The translations under genes and the position numbers were made by a program. This document shows positions 26,757-36,503 of a stretch of DNA of 64,000 bases, in pieces. The notes under the pieces are model-generated. The model ran no database searches and was not told the DNA's origin. It saw only the letters and a list, made by a program, of their open reading frames with translations. Positions within the stretch are counted from its first letter, which is position 1. Each line of letters begins with the position of its first letter. Origin of the DNA: Rhodothermales bacterium (GTDB lineage Bacteria; Bacteroidota; Rhodothermia; Rhodothermales; BA12); assembly GCA_014879465.1 (NCBI GenBank), contig JACSSA010000109.1, forward strand, positions 3,891-67,890, in the 5' to 3' direction.

Positions 26757-28574
26757 TTAGGATGTCTTGATGTAGCCTGCGAGCGACAGCACATAGCCGC
26801 CGCCACCTGCGTTGAGTTGGCCGCCAAAGTTTCCAACTGTACCCGCCGGTACGGTGACAGTGAATGACTGCGGGGGGCCCCCCAGCGGAGTTACGGTCAC
26901 GGCGACGGTGCCTGTGCCATCGGTTTCGAGCACGATATCCCACGTCGAGCCGTCCGAGGGGGTGCCTGTTAGCGTGGTGTTGAGCGGAGATGGGCTTCCG
27001 CCTGTGCCACCCACATACTGTACCCCGGTGAACACCCATCCGCCAGCCTGACGAATGATGTGAAACCGTGCTCCGTTCGTCTGGCTGGCGGATGTCGAGC
27101 AGGCGTAGAAGCCCGCGAACATCGAGGTGGTGTTACCAACAGACACCCGCGCCTGAAAGCGTTGGGCGAGCGCCCCGATGTTGGCGAGGTGTCCAGACGT
27201 GCCGCCGCTCGCTGTCGCACCGGTAGAGGTGCACTCGTAACCGCTGGTGGTAGTCGTCTTGCCGCTCCGGTTCACGGCGATAAAATCGGAGTAGAAGATT
27301 CGTTGCCAATGCGCGTGGACGCTCGGCGGGAACGTCGAGGGCTTGCCCGTGATACGATCCCACGCCGCACCCGTGAGGTCGAGCACGGCGTTGCCCGCCT
27401 GCGATTTATGGACGACCCAGACGTGTCGTTCCACGTCGTCCGGGTCGATTTGCACCAACCCGTGCGGGTTTGTGTTGGGGTTTGGCCCGTACCCGCCGTC
27501 CGAGTCGAGGAGCACGGGTAGAATGACAGGCTTGCCCGTCACCTCATCCCACAGCGCCCATCCACGCGGGGGCCGGTCGGCCTCGTCCTCGTAGACATCG
27601 ACCGGTAGCGCGTCGAGCGTGACAGTCAGTCCCCCTGCCTCAAGCACCGCATCATCGAGCATGTTCTGGCCCGCGAGCCATCCGAGGTAGTGGCGCAGCG
27701 CCTCCACTTCCGCTGCTCCAGCCGCATCGTAGCCGCCGTAGGCCGTAATGACGATCACCCCTTCCGCCGCGAGCGCGTCGAGCGCGTGGCCTGTGTCCTC
27801 GACGCCAAGCGGCTCGCCCTCGGCATCGAAGCCGAGCACGAGTTTCGTCTTGCCCCCATCGCTTGCGATCGCCAGCGCCGCCGTGGTCGCAACCGCCGCA
27901 TCGCCGAAGGTGCGCCCGTCCGTGCTGCCCGCGAAAGCAGCGTCCGCCCACACGGTGCGGCTGGGCAGGTTCAGCCCCGCCACCGAGTTCACCAGCGTCT
28001 GTACCGCCCCACGTTTGGCCTCCACCGCCGCCAAGTCTTGCGCCGTCTGCGCCGCTGCATCGCTGGCCACCTGCGCGTGGCCGCTGGCATCGTCACGGGC
28101 CTGCACCGCGACACCGGTAGCAGCGTCCGCATCGTCGCGAGCCTCTTCGGCGCCCTCGCGGGCAGTCTGCGCCTGCACGACCAGCAGTTCGGCATCGTTG
28201 CGATACTCCTCTGCATCGGTGGCGGCCGTTTCCGCAGCGCCTGCGGCCAGCGTGGCCGTGTAGGCACTTTGCTCTGCGTCGTCTGCCGCACCGCTGGCCG
28301 CTTGGGCATGGCCAGCGGCATCGTCGCGGGCCTGCACCGCAACACCGACGGCAGCGTCCGCATCATCGCGAGCCTCTTCGGCGTCCTGTGCGGCCTGCTG
28401 GGCCGCCAGCGTCAAATCACCCGCTACGCCGACACGCTCGTCCACGTGCTCGGAGAGTTGGTGCACGTCGCCCGCCATCGTGCGGAACGTCTCGTCCACT
28501 TCGGCAGCCGTGAGGCCGCCGGGGCGCTGGGTGAACCCCAACGGGGGATCGGGAAACGGGGTGAACTTGCTCAT
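26757..28574 (-). CDS. Tail fibre protein with duplicated coiled N-terminal repeat
   Basis: A 29-aa unit AEEARDDADAA[VT]GVAVQARDDA[AS]GHAQ[AV]AS occurs twice. The C-terminus is beta-rich, and the gene follows the tape measure gene. Confidence 0.7.
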   Translation of the reverse strand: MSKFTPFPDPPLGFTQRPGGLTAAEVDETFRTMAGDVHQLSEHVDERVGVAGDLTLAAQQAAQDAEEARDDADAAVGVAVQARDDAAGHAQAASGAADDAEQSAYTATLAAGAAETAATDAEEYRNDAELLVVQAQTAREGAEEARDDADAATGVAVQARDDASGHAQVASDAAAQTAQDLAAVEAKRGAVQTLVNSVAGLNLPSRTVWADAAFAGSTDGRTFGDAAVATTAALAIASDGGKTKLVLGFDAEGEPLGVEDTGHALDALAAEGVIVITAYGGYDAAGAAEVEALRHYLGWLAGQNMLDDAVLEAGGLTVTLDALPVDVYEDEADRPPRGWALWDEVTGKPVILPVLLDSDGGYGPNPNTNPHGLVQIDPDDVERHVWVVHKSQAGNAVLDLTGAAWDRITGKPSTFPPSVHAHWQRIFYSDFIAVNRSGKTTTTSGYECTSTGATASGGTSGHLANIGALAQRFQARVSVGNTTSMFAGFYACSTSASQTNGARFHIIRQAGGWVFTGVQYVGGTGGSPSPLNTTLTGTPSDGSTWDIVLETDGTGTVAVTVTPLGGPPQSFTVTVPAGTVGNFGGQLNAGGGGYVLSLAGYIKTS

Positions 28575-31500
28575 CGAAGCCCGGTTTTGCGTTTGTAGCG
28601 ATCCCAGTCGGCCAGCGCTCCCTCCAACTCTTGGCCCGAGGCCCGCAGGCGCACGTCGCCGATCGCCTGTGCGAGCGCGTCGAACTTCTTCTCCAGCCGC
28701 TCCGTGCTCAGCGTCACCGCCGCCGCCGGGCTTGCCCCCGCCGACGCCAGCCCCAGCAACTGGCCAATGCGCTCGTTCGTGACGACGTTGCTGCCCGAGC
28801 CGAGCGTGACGAGCTCCGGCCCCCGCTCGCCGACGATGGCCGCGCCGCCCCCGAAGCCCGTAACGCCCGTGGCGAACTGCGGAATGGGCATGGCAGCGGC
28901 AACCGCCAGCTGCACCGCACCCAAAACTCCAACGGCCACCGACTTGGGGATGTTGGGCAGCGCCTCGACAACAGCGATGGCCGTTTGAAGGGCAATCTGG
29001 AACAACGCGGCAGCTTTTTCGCGCTTGGCTTGCCGGGTCTTCTCCTGACGCTCCTGCTCGCGGTATTTCGCCTCAATACCCGCCCGTTTCTGCTGCAGCG
29101 CCATCTTCGCCGCTTCCTGCTGCGAGTAGACGCGCCCCTGCCGTTCGAGCGCGGCCATCTGCTCATCGAGCGCGGCAAGTTCGGCAGACTTTTGCGCCTC
29201 GATGTCCTGCATCCGGCGCTCGTGCCCCGCCCGCCACAAACCGGTGATGAGGTCGAAGCCGCCTTGGGCAAGGTCTTTCATCATCTGCCACCGCTCCTGC
29301 TCCAGCTGCTTCTGCAGCTCGAACGTCTCGCGGGCGGCGTCGCGCCGTGCATCTTCGGTTTCGTCGGTCAGCCGCTGCTCGGCCTGCGCCAGCCGCTCGC
29401 GCTTCTGCTCGGCATCCGTCACCGTTCGCTCGACCTCGGCACGCTCGGCCTCGTGGGCGCGCCGGGCACGCTCGACGCGCAACTGGGCGCGGCTCTGGAT
29501 GGACGCGACCTCGCGGTCGTGCTCGTCTTTGATGCCGAGCAGCCGGGTAGCCGCCTCGTCCTCGGCCCGGGCCTGCGCCGCGTCCATCGCCTGCACCCGG
29601 CGCTGCGCGAGCAGAGCATCCATCTGCTGGAGCTGCTCGTGCTCGCGCCGCTCGATGTCGAGGTCTACCTGAGCCGCCTGCTGGGCCAGCTCCTTGCGGC
29701 GGTCGCTGCCCTCGGCCTCGCCCTGAAGCTCCGCGTTGAGCCGCGCCAGCCGCCCGGCCAAGATCACCTCCTCGGCCTCGCCCGCCAGACGCTTCCGCTC
29801 GTCCTCGATCTGCGCCGCCTGCTCGCGCTCGCGAAACGCCGCAGCGCGCCGGGCGGACGTGTTCTCGGCGATCGCCCGGGCCTCGGCGGCGCGGTTGGCG
29901 TCGAGGGCCTGCGTCTCTTGGGTCGTGATCGCCTCCTTTTGGGCAGCCGTCAACCCCGCCGCTTCCCGCGCCGCCGCCGCCGTCGCTGCGATCTCGGCGC
30001 GTTCCTGCGCGAAGCGATCCTTGATGAGCGCCTCCTGCCGGTCGAACTCGTTTCCGATTCCTTCCGCCAGCAGCCGTCCGATCTCCGAGCGCCAGCGTCG
30101 AAGGGCTTCGAGCGCCTCCTTGGCCTTCTGCTCGGCCTCGCTGTTGTCGTCGGTTTTGTCGCCGTCCACCGTCGTCTCGGGCATCGTGCCGCCTTGGGGC
30201 ACACGGTCGCCACCCGGCGGCAGCTCGGGGCCGTTCATGCGCTCGTTCACGACCTGCTGGAGACGGTCGCGCTCGGCACGGGCAGCGACGAGTCGCGGGT
30301 CGTCGGCCTTTCGCCCTGCTGCGACAAGCCGCGCCACGAGTTGATCGGCTTCGACCAACTGCGCCGTTGGATCGGAAGAGATAGCCTCGCTTGCCCGGCC
30401 AAGGGCCACCTGAAAACCCCGTACGGCTTGACTGGCTTCTTGAAACTTCCGTCTCTCCTCCTCCCACTCCGGTGATGCAACTCGCCGAACCTCTCCTCCC
30501 CGCCCAACCACTTCGCGTGGTCCCTTGCCTTGGCCCACCAAGTAGCGCATCTGTTGCCGGGCGAGGTCTTGCTTCACCAGTGCGTCCCGCAATCCCAGCG
30601 CCGCCTCATCCCGCTTTTGCACGAGCGCCGCGCCGGTGGCCGCATGAATGGCCCGCGCCAACTCCCACGCCTGCACGGTCTGGCGGCGAAGCGCCTCGGT
30701 GGCCACGTTCGCGTTGCGGCGCAGCAACAGATAGGCAGAGGCGGCAGCCGTGAGCAGACCGATGAAAAAGCCGACAGGGTTGGCCCGAACAGCCGCCGCA
30801 AAGCCCTTCGCCGCCGTCGTGGCAATGCTTGTGGCTGTGGCATAAACCCGTTTTGCGCCAGCGGCTACACCGGTCGCCGTGGCGTCGGCGCTGCTTGCCG
30901 CTGTTGCGGCCCAAAGTCTCACGATGTGCCGGGCCGTGGCCGTGTTGGCAAGCAGTTGCACGCCTTGGTATGCCTTCCACCCCGCCACGAAGGGCAGAAC
31001 GCGCTGCGCATTCACGACCACGACCTCTGTTAGGTGCTGTATGGTTTGAGCGCTGGATTTGACGCCGTTGGCGAGATCACGGAGGATCGTCGTGCCGAAC
31101 TGCACGGCCTCGCGCATGTCGCCGTCGAAGGCTTGCATCACCTCCATCGCGAACGTCTCGAAGGCCCCTCCCATCTCGTCGAGGTCACCCTTGAGGTTGT
31201 CGGTCATGAACTCGGCCATCCGCTCGGCCACGCCTTGGCTGGTCTGAAGCGAGGTCTTGAAGCCCTGCACCTTCTCTTGCCCCTGCGCCATCATGGCCGC
31301 AAACCCGGACGCTGCTTCCCGCCCCACCAGCAGTTCCAGCGCCGCCGACCGCTGCGCCTCGGTCATGCCGCCGAGCGATTCGTTGAGTCGCCCCACCAGC
31401 TCGGGCACGGGCAGCATCCGCCCCTGCACGTCCGTCACCTTCAGGCCCACCTGTTCCATCAACTCCGCCGCCCGTTTCGACGGGCTCGCCAGCGCAAAGA

Positions 31501-32230
31501 GACCGCCCTGCAGCGCCGTACCGGCACGCGATCCCTTGATGCCTGCCTCGGCCATGGCCATCGCCGCCGCCGCCGTGTCTTCGAGGCTCAGCCCCATCAT
31601 TTTGGCGACGGGTGCAGCGTAGGACATCGTCTCGCCCATGTCCGCGATGCCCGCCGCGCTCTTGGCGTCTGCCTGCGCCAGCACGTCCACCACGCGCCCC
31701 GTCTCGGACACGTCGAGACCGAAGCTCTTGAGCGTCGAGCCAACGATCTCCGCCGTTCGGCTGAGGTCTACCTGACCGGCCGCAGCGGCGTCGAGTACGC
31801 CCGGCAGGGCCTCCATCGTCTGCGCGGCGTTGAAGCCTGCCGCGCCCAGCTCGGCCATGCCCTGCGCGGCCTCGGTGGCCGAAAACGCCGTCTCCGCGCC
31901 GAGCCGTTTGGCCGTTTCGCGCAGCTCGCCAAGGTGAGCGCCCATGTCTTCCCCGGCTTCCGCCGTGAGCGCTCCGACGCGGGTGATCGTCGCGCCGAAG
32001 TCCACGGCCTTGGTCATCCCGGCCTGCAGGGCGTTCACCGCCGCGCCAATCGACAGCGCTTGCCGGATCTTGTCCCCGAGCGCCTTCCCGAAGGCTTGCT
32101 CAAGGTCTTTGCCTGCCGCCTTTCCGGTCGAGCCGAGCTTGCGCAGCTGCTCGTTGGTGAGCTGGATGGTGGCGAGGCTTTCGCGTCCGTCCACCACCAT
32201 CTTGATCTTCACTTCGTGGGTGGTGGCCAT
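28571..32230 (-). CDS. Tail tape measure protein
   Basis: 1219 aa. N-terminal TMP-type helical region (GALTAEAGEDMG..., MGLSLEDTAAAAMAMAEAGIKGSRAGTAL) and a long Ala/Glu/Arg/Gln coiled coil. Confidence 0.85.
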   Translation of the reverse strand: MATTHEVKIKMVVDGRESLATIQLTNEQLRKLGSTGKAAGKDLEQAFGKALGDKIRQALSIGAAVNALQAGMTKAVDFGATITRVGALTAEAGEDMGAHLGELRETAKRLGAETAFSATEAAQGMAELGAAGFNAAQTMEALPGVLDAAAAGQVDLSRTAEIVGSTLKSFGLDVSETGRVVDVLAQADAKSAAGIADMGETMSYAAPVAKMMGLSLEDTAAAAMAMAEAGIKGSRAGTALQGGLFALASPSKRAAELMEQVGLKVTDVQGRMLPVPELVGRLNESLGGMTEAQRSAALELLVGREAASGFAAMMAQGQEKVQGFKTSLQTSQGVAERMAEFMTDNLKGDLDEMGGAFETFAMEVMQAFDGDMREAVQFGTTILRDLANGVKSSAQTIQHLTEVVVVNAQRVLPFVAGWKAYQGVQLLANTATARHIVRLWAATAASSADATATGVAAGAKRVYATATSIATTAAKGFAAAVRANPVGFFIGLLTAAASAYLLLRRNANVATEALRRQTVQAWELARAIHAATGAALVQKRDEAALGLRDALVKQDLARQQMRYLVGQGKGPREVVGRGGEVRRVASPEWEEERRKFQEASQAVRGFQVALGRASEAISSDPTAQLVEADQLVARLVAAGRKADDPRLVAARAERDRLQQVVNERMNGPELPPGGDRVPQGGTMPETTVDGDKTDDNSEAEQKAKEALEALRRWRSEIGRLLAEGIGNEFDRQEALIKDRFAQERAEIAATAAAAREAAGLTAAQKEAITTQETQALDANRAAEARAIAENTSARRAAAFREREQAAQIEDERKRLAGEAEEVILAGRLARLNAELQGEAEGSDRRKELAQQAAQVDLDIERREHEQLQQMDALLAQRRVQAMDAAQARAEDEAATRLLGIKDEHDREVASIQSRAQLRVERARRAHEAERAEVERTVTDAEQKRERLAQAEQRLTDETEDARRDAARETFELQKQLEQERWQMMKDLAQGGFDLITGLWRAGHERRMQDIEAQKSAELAALDEQMAALERQGRVYSQQEAAKMALQQKRAGIEAKYREQERQEKTRQAKREKAAALFQIALQTAIAVVEALPNIPKSVAVGVLGAVQLAVAAAMPIPQFATGVTGFGGGAAIVGERGPELVTLGSGSNVVTNERIGQLLGLASAGASPAAAVTLSTERLEKKFDALAQAIGDVRLRASGQELEGALADWDRYKRKTGLR

Positions 32231-32246
32231 CGTGTGCGAGGTCGGT

Positions 32247-32753
32247 TTACGAGAGGTAGTCGGCGGCGTGGCTGGCGGCGTAGTCCACGCCCGCCATCAG
32301 GAGGTCGGTGAGGAGATCCCGGAGCGATCCGGCGAGCAGCATCCGGGCGGCGGCGGGGCCGTCGCGGTGCACGATGCGGCGGATGCTCACCTCGCTGCCC
32401 TCAATGCCGAGGCCGGACACGCCGCACCGGTCGGCGTAGTAGGAGACCGTCGCTGCGGCCTCGTCGCACTGGGCACGGGCAGCAGCGAAGAACAGGGCGG
32501 TGAGCACCGGGGCCAGCGCGTCCAGCGCCTCGCCCTCAAGGGCCTCGCCGTCCGCGTCCAGGACGCGATCCACCACCAGATGAGGCGGGACGGACGCGCT
32601 CGCGGGCACATCTTGCCGCCCAAAGAGCACGTCGTCCACGTCCAGCCGCTCGCCACCCCCGTCTCGAATCGCCCAGCACGCAGCCTCGAAGGCCGGAAGG
32701 GTGATCGGGACGAGGACGACGGACAGCCCAGCCTCGGCAATGCTCGCGGTCAC
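32247..32753 (-). CDS. Tail assembly chaperone candidate
   Basis: GTG at 32753. The call rests on its position between the tube and tape measure genes. No slippery site was identified. Confidence 0.4.
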   Translation of the reverse strand: MTASIAEAGLSVVLVPITLPAFEAACWAIRDGGGERLDVDDVLFGRQDVPASASVPPHLVVDRVLDADGEALEGEALDALAPVLTALFFAAARAQCDEAAATVSYYADRCGVSGLGIEGSEVSIRRIVHRDGPAAARMLLAGSLRDLLTDLLMAGVDYAASHAADYLS

Positions 32754-32761
32754 GACGGGCG

Positions 32762-33196
32762 TTAGGGCGTGGTGGTGACGGTGATCACGTCGGACTCCTT
32801 CGTGCCGGAGGCCGTGCCCTCGATGCGCATGAACGCCACCTTGCCGAACTCCACGACCGGCGAGCGCGAGCACATCAGGATGACGTTCTTCACGACCGTC
32901 TTGGTGGCCCCGTCGAGGCTGGTGTATTCGACGAACACCTCGACGCCGTCGGCGGCGAAGCCGCTGATGGTGGTGTAGTCCGCCTCCGGGACGCCCGACA
33001 GGTTGTGGGCGAAGCCGTAGACGACGCCCGCCTGCAGCTTGCGCTCGTCGGCGAGTTCGTCGTTCTTGATGTCCGGCTTGGGCCACTCCTGCCCTTCCTT
33101 GAGCAGGTTGCCGCGCCCGATGGTGACAGCGGGGGCCGTAAAGTTCTCGGTGGTGGCGATGCGGATCTGCTTGCAGCCGCCTTTGAGTCGAGCCAT
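32762..33196 (-). CDS. Major tail tube protein candidate
   Basis: 144-aa beta-rich protein two genes upstream of the tape measure gene. The call is positional. Confidence 0.45.
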   Translation of the reverse strand: MARLKGGCKQIRIATTENFTAPAVTIGRGNLLKEGQEWPKPDIKNDELADERKLQAGVVYGFAHNLSGVPEADYTTISGFAADGVEVFVEYTSLDGATKTVVKNVILMCSRSPVVEFGKVAFMRIEGTASGTKESDVITVTTTP

Positions 33197-33199
33197 GGG

Positions 33200-33400
33200 T
33201 CAATCCTCCGCGCCCGCGTCGGGCGCTGCTTGGGGTTCCGCCGAAGTCGGCGGAGGGGTGAACACGGAGTAGGCGCGGGCCGGAAGCCCCTTGAACTCGC
33301 CCTCGGGGGCGCTCACGAGCGCCTCCGGCGAGCAGGTGTAGAGGCGTCCGCTTTTCGCGCCCTTGTGGTTGTCGAGCGGAACGTGGATGCGGTAGAGCAT
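33200..33400 (-). CDS. Hypothetical phage protein
   Basis: 66-aa ORF tightly packed in the operon. Confidence 0.45.
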   Translation of the reverse strand: MLYRIHVPLDNHKGAKSGRLYTCSPEALVSAPEGEFKGLPARAYSVFTPPPTSAEPQAAPDAGAED

Positions 33401-33405
33401 GGGCG

Positions 33406-33717
33406 TCAGCGTTTGGCGCGGGTGGCGGCGGCGTAGACGATGCCTGCGAGGCCTATGCCCGCCAGCACGCGCTCGGCAGGAGATCCCGCCGTGAGCACCC
33501 GGCGAATGGACGACTCCAGCCCCGCCGGGTCGGCTAAGAGCGCTACGCCCACGCTGGCCACGGTGGCCACGATGCCGCCCACGTCGAGACGTCGGTTGTG
33601 CGGCAGCATCTGCGCCAGCGGCGACGGACGCTCCGGCAGCGGCGTAACCTCGTACGAGGCGTCCGCCGTCGGCAGCGGCGACGGGATGGGGTCGAGGGGC
33701 GTGATCGTCGGTTCCAT
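33406..33717 (-). CDS. Phage membrane protein (two C-terminal TM helices)
   Basis: VGGIVATVASVGVALLA and VLAGIGLAGIVYAAA. Confidence 0.5.
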   Translation of the reverse strand: MEPTITPLDPIPSPLPTADASYEVTPLPERPSPLAQMLPHNRRLDVGGIVATVASVGVALLADPAGLESSIRRVLTAGSPAERVLAGIGLAGIVYAAATRAKR

Positions 33718-33721
33718 AGAA

Positions 33722-34000
33722 TCAGGGACGGTTTGAGGCGCGGGCCTGCCACGCCTCGCGCTCCAGTTCGCGCAGCCGGTCGGCGTTGCGCTGCGCGAGT
33801 TGGTCGAGCATTTCGAGGCGGGCGTTGGTGGCCTCGCGGTTCTGCATCAGGACTTGGACGCCTTGGTTGGTCTCCCGAATGTTGCCCTTGATCTCGCTCA
33901 GCGTGGTGGTGATGTACCAGCCGAGCGTGGCCATGAGCAGCCCAAAGAGCAGGCGCAGGCCGTTGCTCGCGAACCAGTCGGGTACTTCTTGGCGGGTCAT
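33722..34000 (-). CDS. Phage membrane protein with TM helix plus coiled coil
   Basis: LRLLFGLLMATLGWYITTTL followed by a heptad-like segment QNREATNARLEMLDQLAQRNADRLRELERE. Confidence 0.55.
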   Translation of the reverse strand: MTRQEVPDWFASNGLRLLFGLLMATLGWYITTTLSEIKGNIRETNQGVQVLMQNREATNARLEMLDQLAQRNADRLRELEREAWQARASNRP

Positions 34001-34019
34001 AACGCCTGTTGCTTAGAGG

Positions 34020-34355
34020 TCACGCGGGCGGCGCGCCGCTGGAATCGGACGAGTCGTCGGTGTCGGACAAGCCGTCGGTGTCGGACGAGAGGTCGCCCGT
34101 CGTGTCGCCGGCCTCGACCTCTTCGGCGCCGGACTCGGACTCATCGTCGTCGTGGATCACGACGCAGCCGTATTCGGACGCGAGCAGCGCGGCGGTGGTC
34201 GCGGCTACGCCGGTTGCCGTGCCGTCCATGAAGGTCACGCCACAGCGTGTGCCGGAGAAGTCTGGGTTGCCGGTGCGCACCGTGGCGGTGGCCTCGGTCG
34301 TTTCGTCGGTCGGGACGGCAGGCGCAGTGGCCTGCTGGTGGCGGGTCTTGCTCAT
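34020..34355 (-). CDS. Hypothetical phage protein with acidic Ser/Asp tail
   Basis: 111 aa directly downstream of the capsid gene. The C-terminus reads HDDDESESGAEEVEAGDTTGDLSSDTDGLSDTDDSSDSS. Confidence 0.5.
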   Translation of the reverse strand: MSKTRHQQATAPAVPTDETTEATATVRTGNPDFSGTRCGVTFMDGTATGVAATTAALLASEYGCVVIHDDDESESGAEEVEAGDTTGDLSSDTDGLSDTDDSSDSSGAPPA

Positions 34356-34427
34356 CGGTAGCGAGAGAAAGAGACGGGCCGGGCGCTGCTCCGCACGGGC
34401 AGCAGACGCCCCTTGGCCCGCCTTGGG

Positions 34428-35405
34428 TTAGTTGGCGTTGAGGCGGACGCCCGACATGCGGAAGAACGCCTTCGGGTTGAGCACCGCGAGGTCCACGTCG
34501 AACTCGACGAGCGTCAGGTACTTGGTGCCCACGAGGCTGAGGTCTTGCACGTCGAGGCCCACGTTCGTGGCGAACGTCACGTCGCGCTGCTCGCCGAAGC
34601 GGATGCCGTAGATCGAGCAGCAGTCGTTGGACGTGCCGACCGTCTCCGTCTGCGGAAGGACGAGGCCGGTGCCGTTGGACGTGTAGCCCATGTTCACCAG
34701 CGGGACGCCGTTGTAGGTCGTGACCTTCTGCTCCTCGCCCCACGGCGTCTGGACGTTCTGGACCGACAAGTAGGATTTTCCGATGCTGCCCAGACGGGCG
34801 GCGAACGCCGCGTTGACCCCGAGCACCGTCGGCCCACCCGGAATGCCGCCCATGTACTCGTCGAGCTTCTCGAAGAAGCGGGCCACCTTGGTGGCGTTCG
34901 CGCCGGTCACGTCCGCCGGAAGGGCGTAGCCGTTGCCCGATCCGTCGTTCATGACGAAGTTGCGGCCCAGCGTGTCGGCTTGCGCCTTGAGGCCCTTGAA
35001 GCGCTGGGCGCTCTGGCTCACGTCGTGATTGATCGTGGCGTCGGCGAAGTACCAGCCGAGGCTCTCGGAGAACGCCTCCAAGTCGTTCAGCCGCTGGCTG
35101 CCGATGTCGGTGCCGCGCCGCTCGTGGGCGATGTCCGTCTGGACCTTGTCGCCGTAGATCTTGAGCTGGACGCTGCCGAACTGCGGCTCGCGCTCCTTCG
35201 GCGCATAGTCGGAGCCGGTGGTACGGGTGCCGCCCGCGTTGAACTGATCGCCGTTCTTGCGCGGCGCGTCCGCGTTGCCGGTGTGGCTGTAGAACTGCGC
35301 GTGCACGGCGAGCGGGTAGGCGGTGTAGAACTGGGCAAGCGCCGCTTCGCGCAGCTCCTCGGAGGAGCGGGCGGTGCTGCCGGTGGAGATTTCCTCGATG
35401 CGCAT
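34428..35405 (-). CDS. Major capsid protein
   Basis: 325 aa immediately downstream of the protease/scaffold gene, with size and composition typical of a capsid protein. The exact family was not determined. Confidence 0.7.
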   Translation of the reverse strand: MRIEEISTGSTARSSEELREAALAQFYTAYPLAVHAQFYSHTGNADAPRKNGDQFNAGGTRTTGSDYAPKEREPQFGSVQLKIYGDKVQTDIAHERRGTDIGSQRLNDLEAFSESLGWYFADATINHDVSQSAQRFKGLKAQADTLGRNFVMNDGSGNGYALPADVTGANATKVARFFEKLDEYMGGIPGGPTVLGVNAAFAARLGSIGKSYLSVQNVQTPWGEEQKVTTYNGVPLVNMGYTSNGTGLVLPQTETVGTSNDCCSIYGIRFGEQRDVTFATNVGLDVQDLSLVGTKYLTLVEFDVDLAVLNPKAFFRMSGVRLNAN

Positions 35406-35447
35406 GGGTGCGTGAGTGGTAAAGCGGTGAAGGCGCAGCCGCGCCGG

Positions 35448-36503
35448 TTACTTCGTGGACGTGGCGAGCGCAGCGCGGGCGTTGGCCCGAACCTGCTTGC
35501 GGTCGGTGGTGCGGTCGGCGCTGTTGACCATCCCGCCCTTCGGCGGCTGCACGCGGGCCGCGCCGTTCGGACGGACCGTGCCCGCCGGGATCGAGTTGAT
35601 CAGCGCGGCGGTGGCCTCGCGGTTGGAGTTGAGGCGCTCGCCCCACGCGGCGCGGTCGGCCTCTGGGATCTTGTAGTCGGCCACGGCGGCGTCGAGCAGC
35701 GCCTGGTCCACCTCGGCCTGCGCCTGCGCGTCGGCGTCGGTGCGGGCCTGCGCATCGGTCTTGAGCGTCTGCACTTCCGCCTCCAACTCGGCCACGCGGG
35801 CGCGGGAGGCGGCGAGGTCGGCGTCGAGCGCAGCAGCACGCTCCGCCGCGTCGGCAGCGGCCATCAGAACGTCCACCTCGTCAGGTTCGGTGCTGTTCAT
35901 GCGCAGCTTCTTCGCGGCGCGGTTGAGAAAGGCCCGGAGGCCGGTTTCGGTCTGGCTCATGGCCGGAGTTGGGGTTTGGGTCGAAGACGGTGCGCCCTCC
36001 TTCGGGCGCTTGTGGTTGATGACGAGCGTGCTGGAGGTCGGGATCAGCCGCTGCAGTTCGCCCGGCTGGCGGGCGCTGCTGGCCACCGGCGTCATGCCCT
36101 CCATGAAGGGCGTGTTGGTGAGCGCCACGCTCAGCAGCTTGGGGCCGCACGGATTGCCCGTGTTGGGGTCCACGGCCCACAGGTCGATCACCGGCGAGAG
36201 GAAGCGGTATTCTTCCGCCTCGATCATCTCGGCGGCGCGTTCGGTCCAGCGAACGTCGCCCCACAGCGAGGCCGGACGGTCCGCCGTCTCGGCCTCCACC
36301 CACAAGCGCGTGATCCAGCCCGCCGCCGGAACCGGCTCGCCCGCGTCGGCCCACTGGGTCGCGTGTTCGTAGTCGATCACCACGTCCCCGCGCAGGTTGC
36401 GCACCATCGCCTCCAGATCGGCCACGGCCAGCATCCACGGCCCTTGCCAGTGGCCGAGGTAGGCACCCACTTGGGCGAGTTCGATCTTAGAAGAGGGCTT
36501 CAC
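35448..36503 (-). CDS. Mu gpI-like head protease with C-terminal scaffold region
   Basis: N-terminal region VIDYEHATQ...GWI..LW...YRFLSPVI. C-terminal Ala/Asp/Glu coiled scaffold-like segment. Confidence 0.75.
   Translation of the reverse strand: MKPSSKIELAQVGAYLGHWQGPWMLAVADLEAMVRNLRGDVVIDYEHATQWADAGEPVPAAGWITRLWVEAETADRPASLWGDVRWTERAAEMIEAEEYRFLSPVIDLWAVDPNTGNPCGPKLLSVALTNTPFMEGMTPVASSARQPGELQRLIPTSSTLVINHKRPKEGAPSSTQTPTPAMSQTETGLRAFLNRAAKKLRMNSTEPDEVDVLMAAADAAERAAALDADLAASRARVAELEAEVQTLKTDAQARTDADAQAQAEVDQALLDAAVADYKIPEADRAAWGERLNSNREATAALINSIPAGTVRPNGAARVQPPKGGMVNSADRTTDRKQVRANARAALATSTK

Noticed and set aside
34356-34427. Imperfect GC-rich hairpin after the capsid gene as an intrinsic terminator.
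   Set aside because: The stem needs a bulge and the trailing tract is only CT-rich. In DNA this GC-rich, such structures arise by chance, so it is not called.
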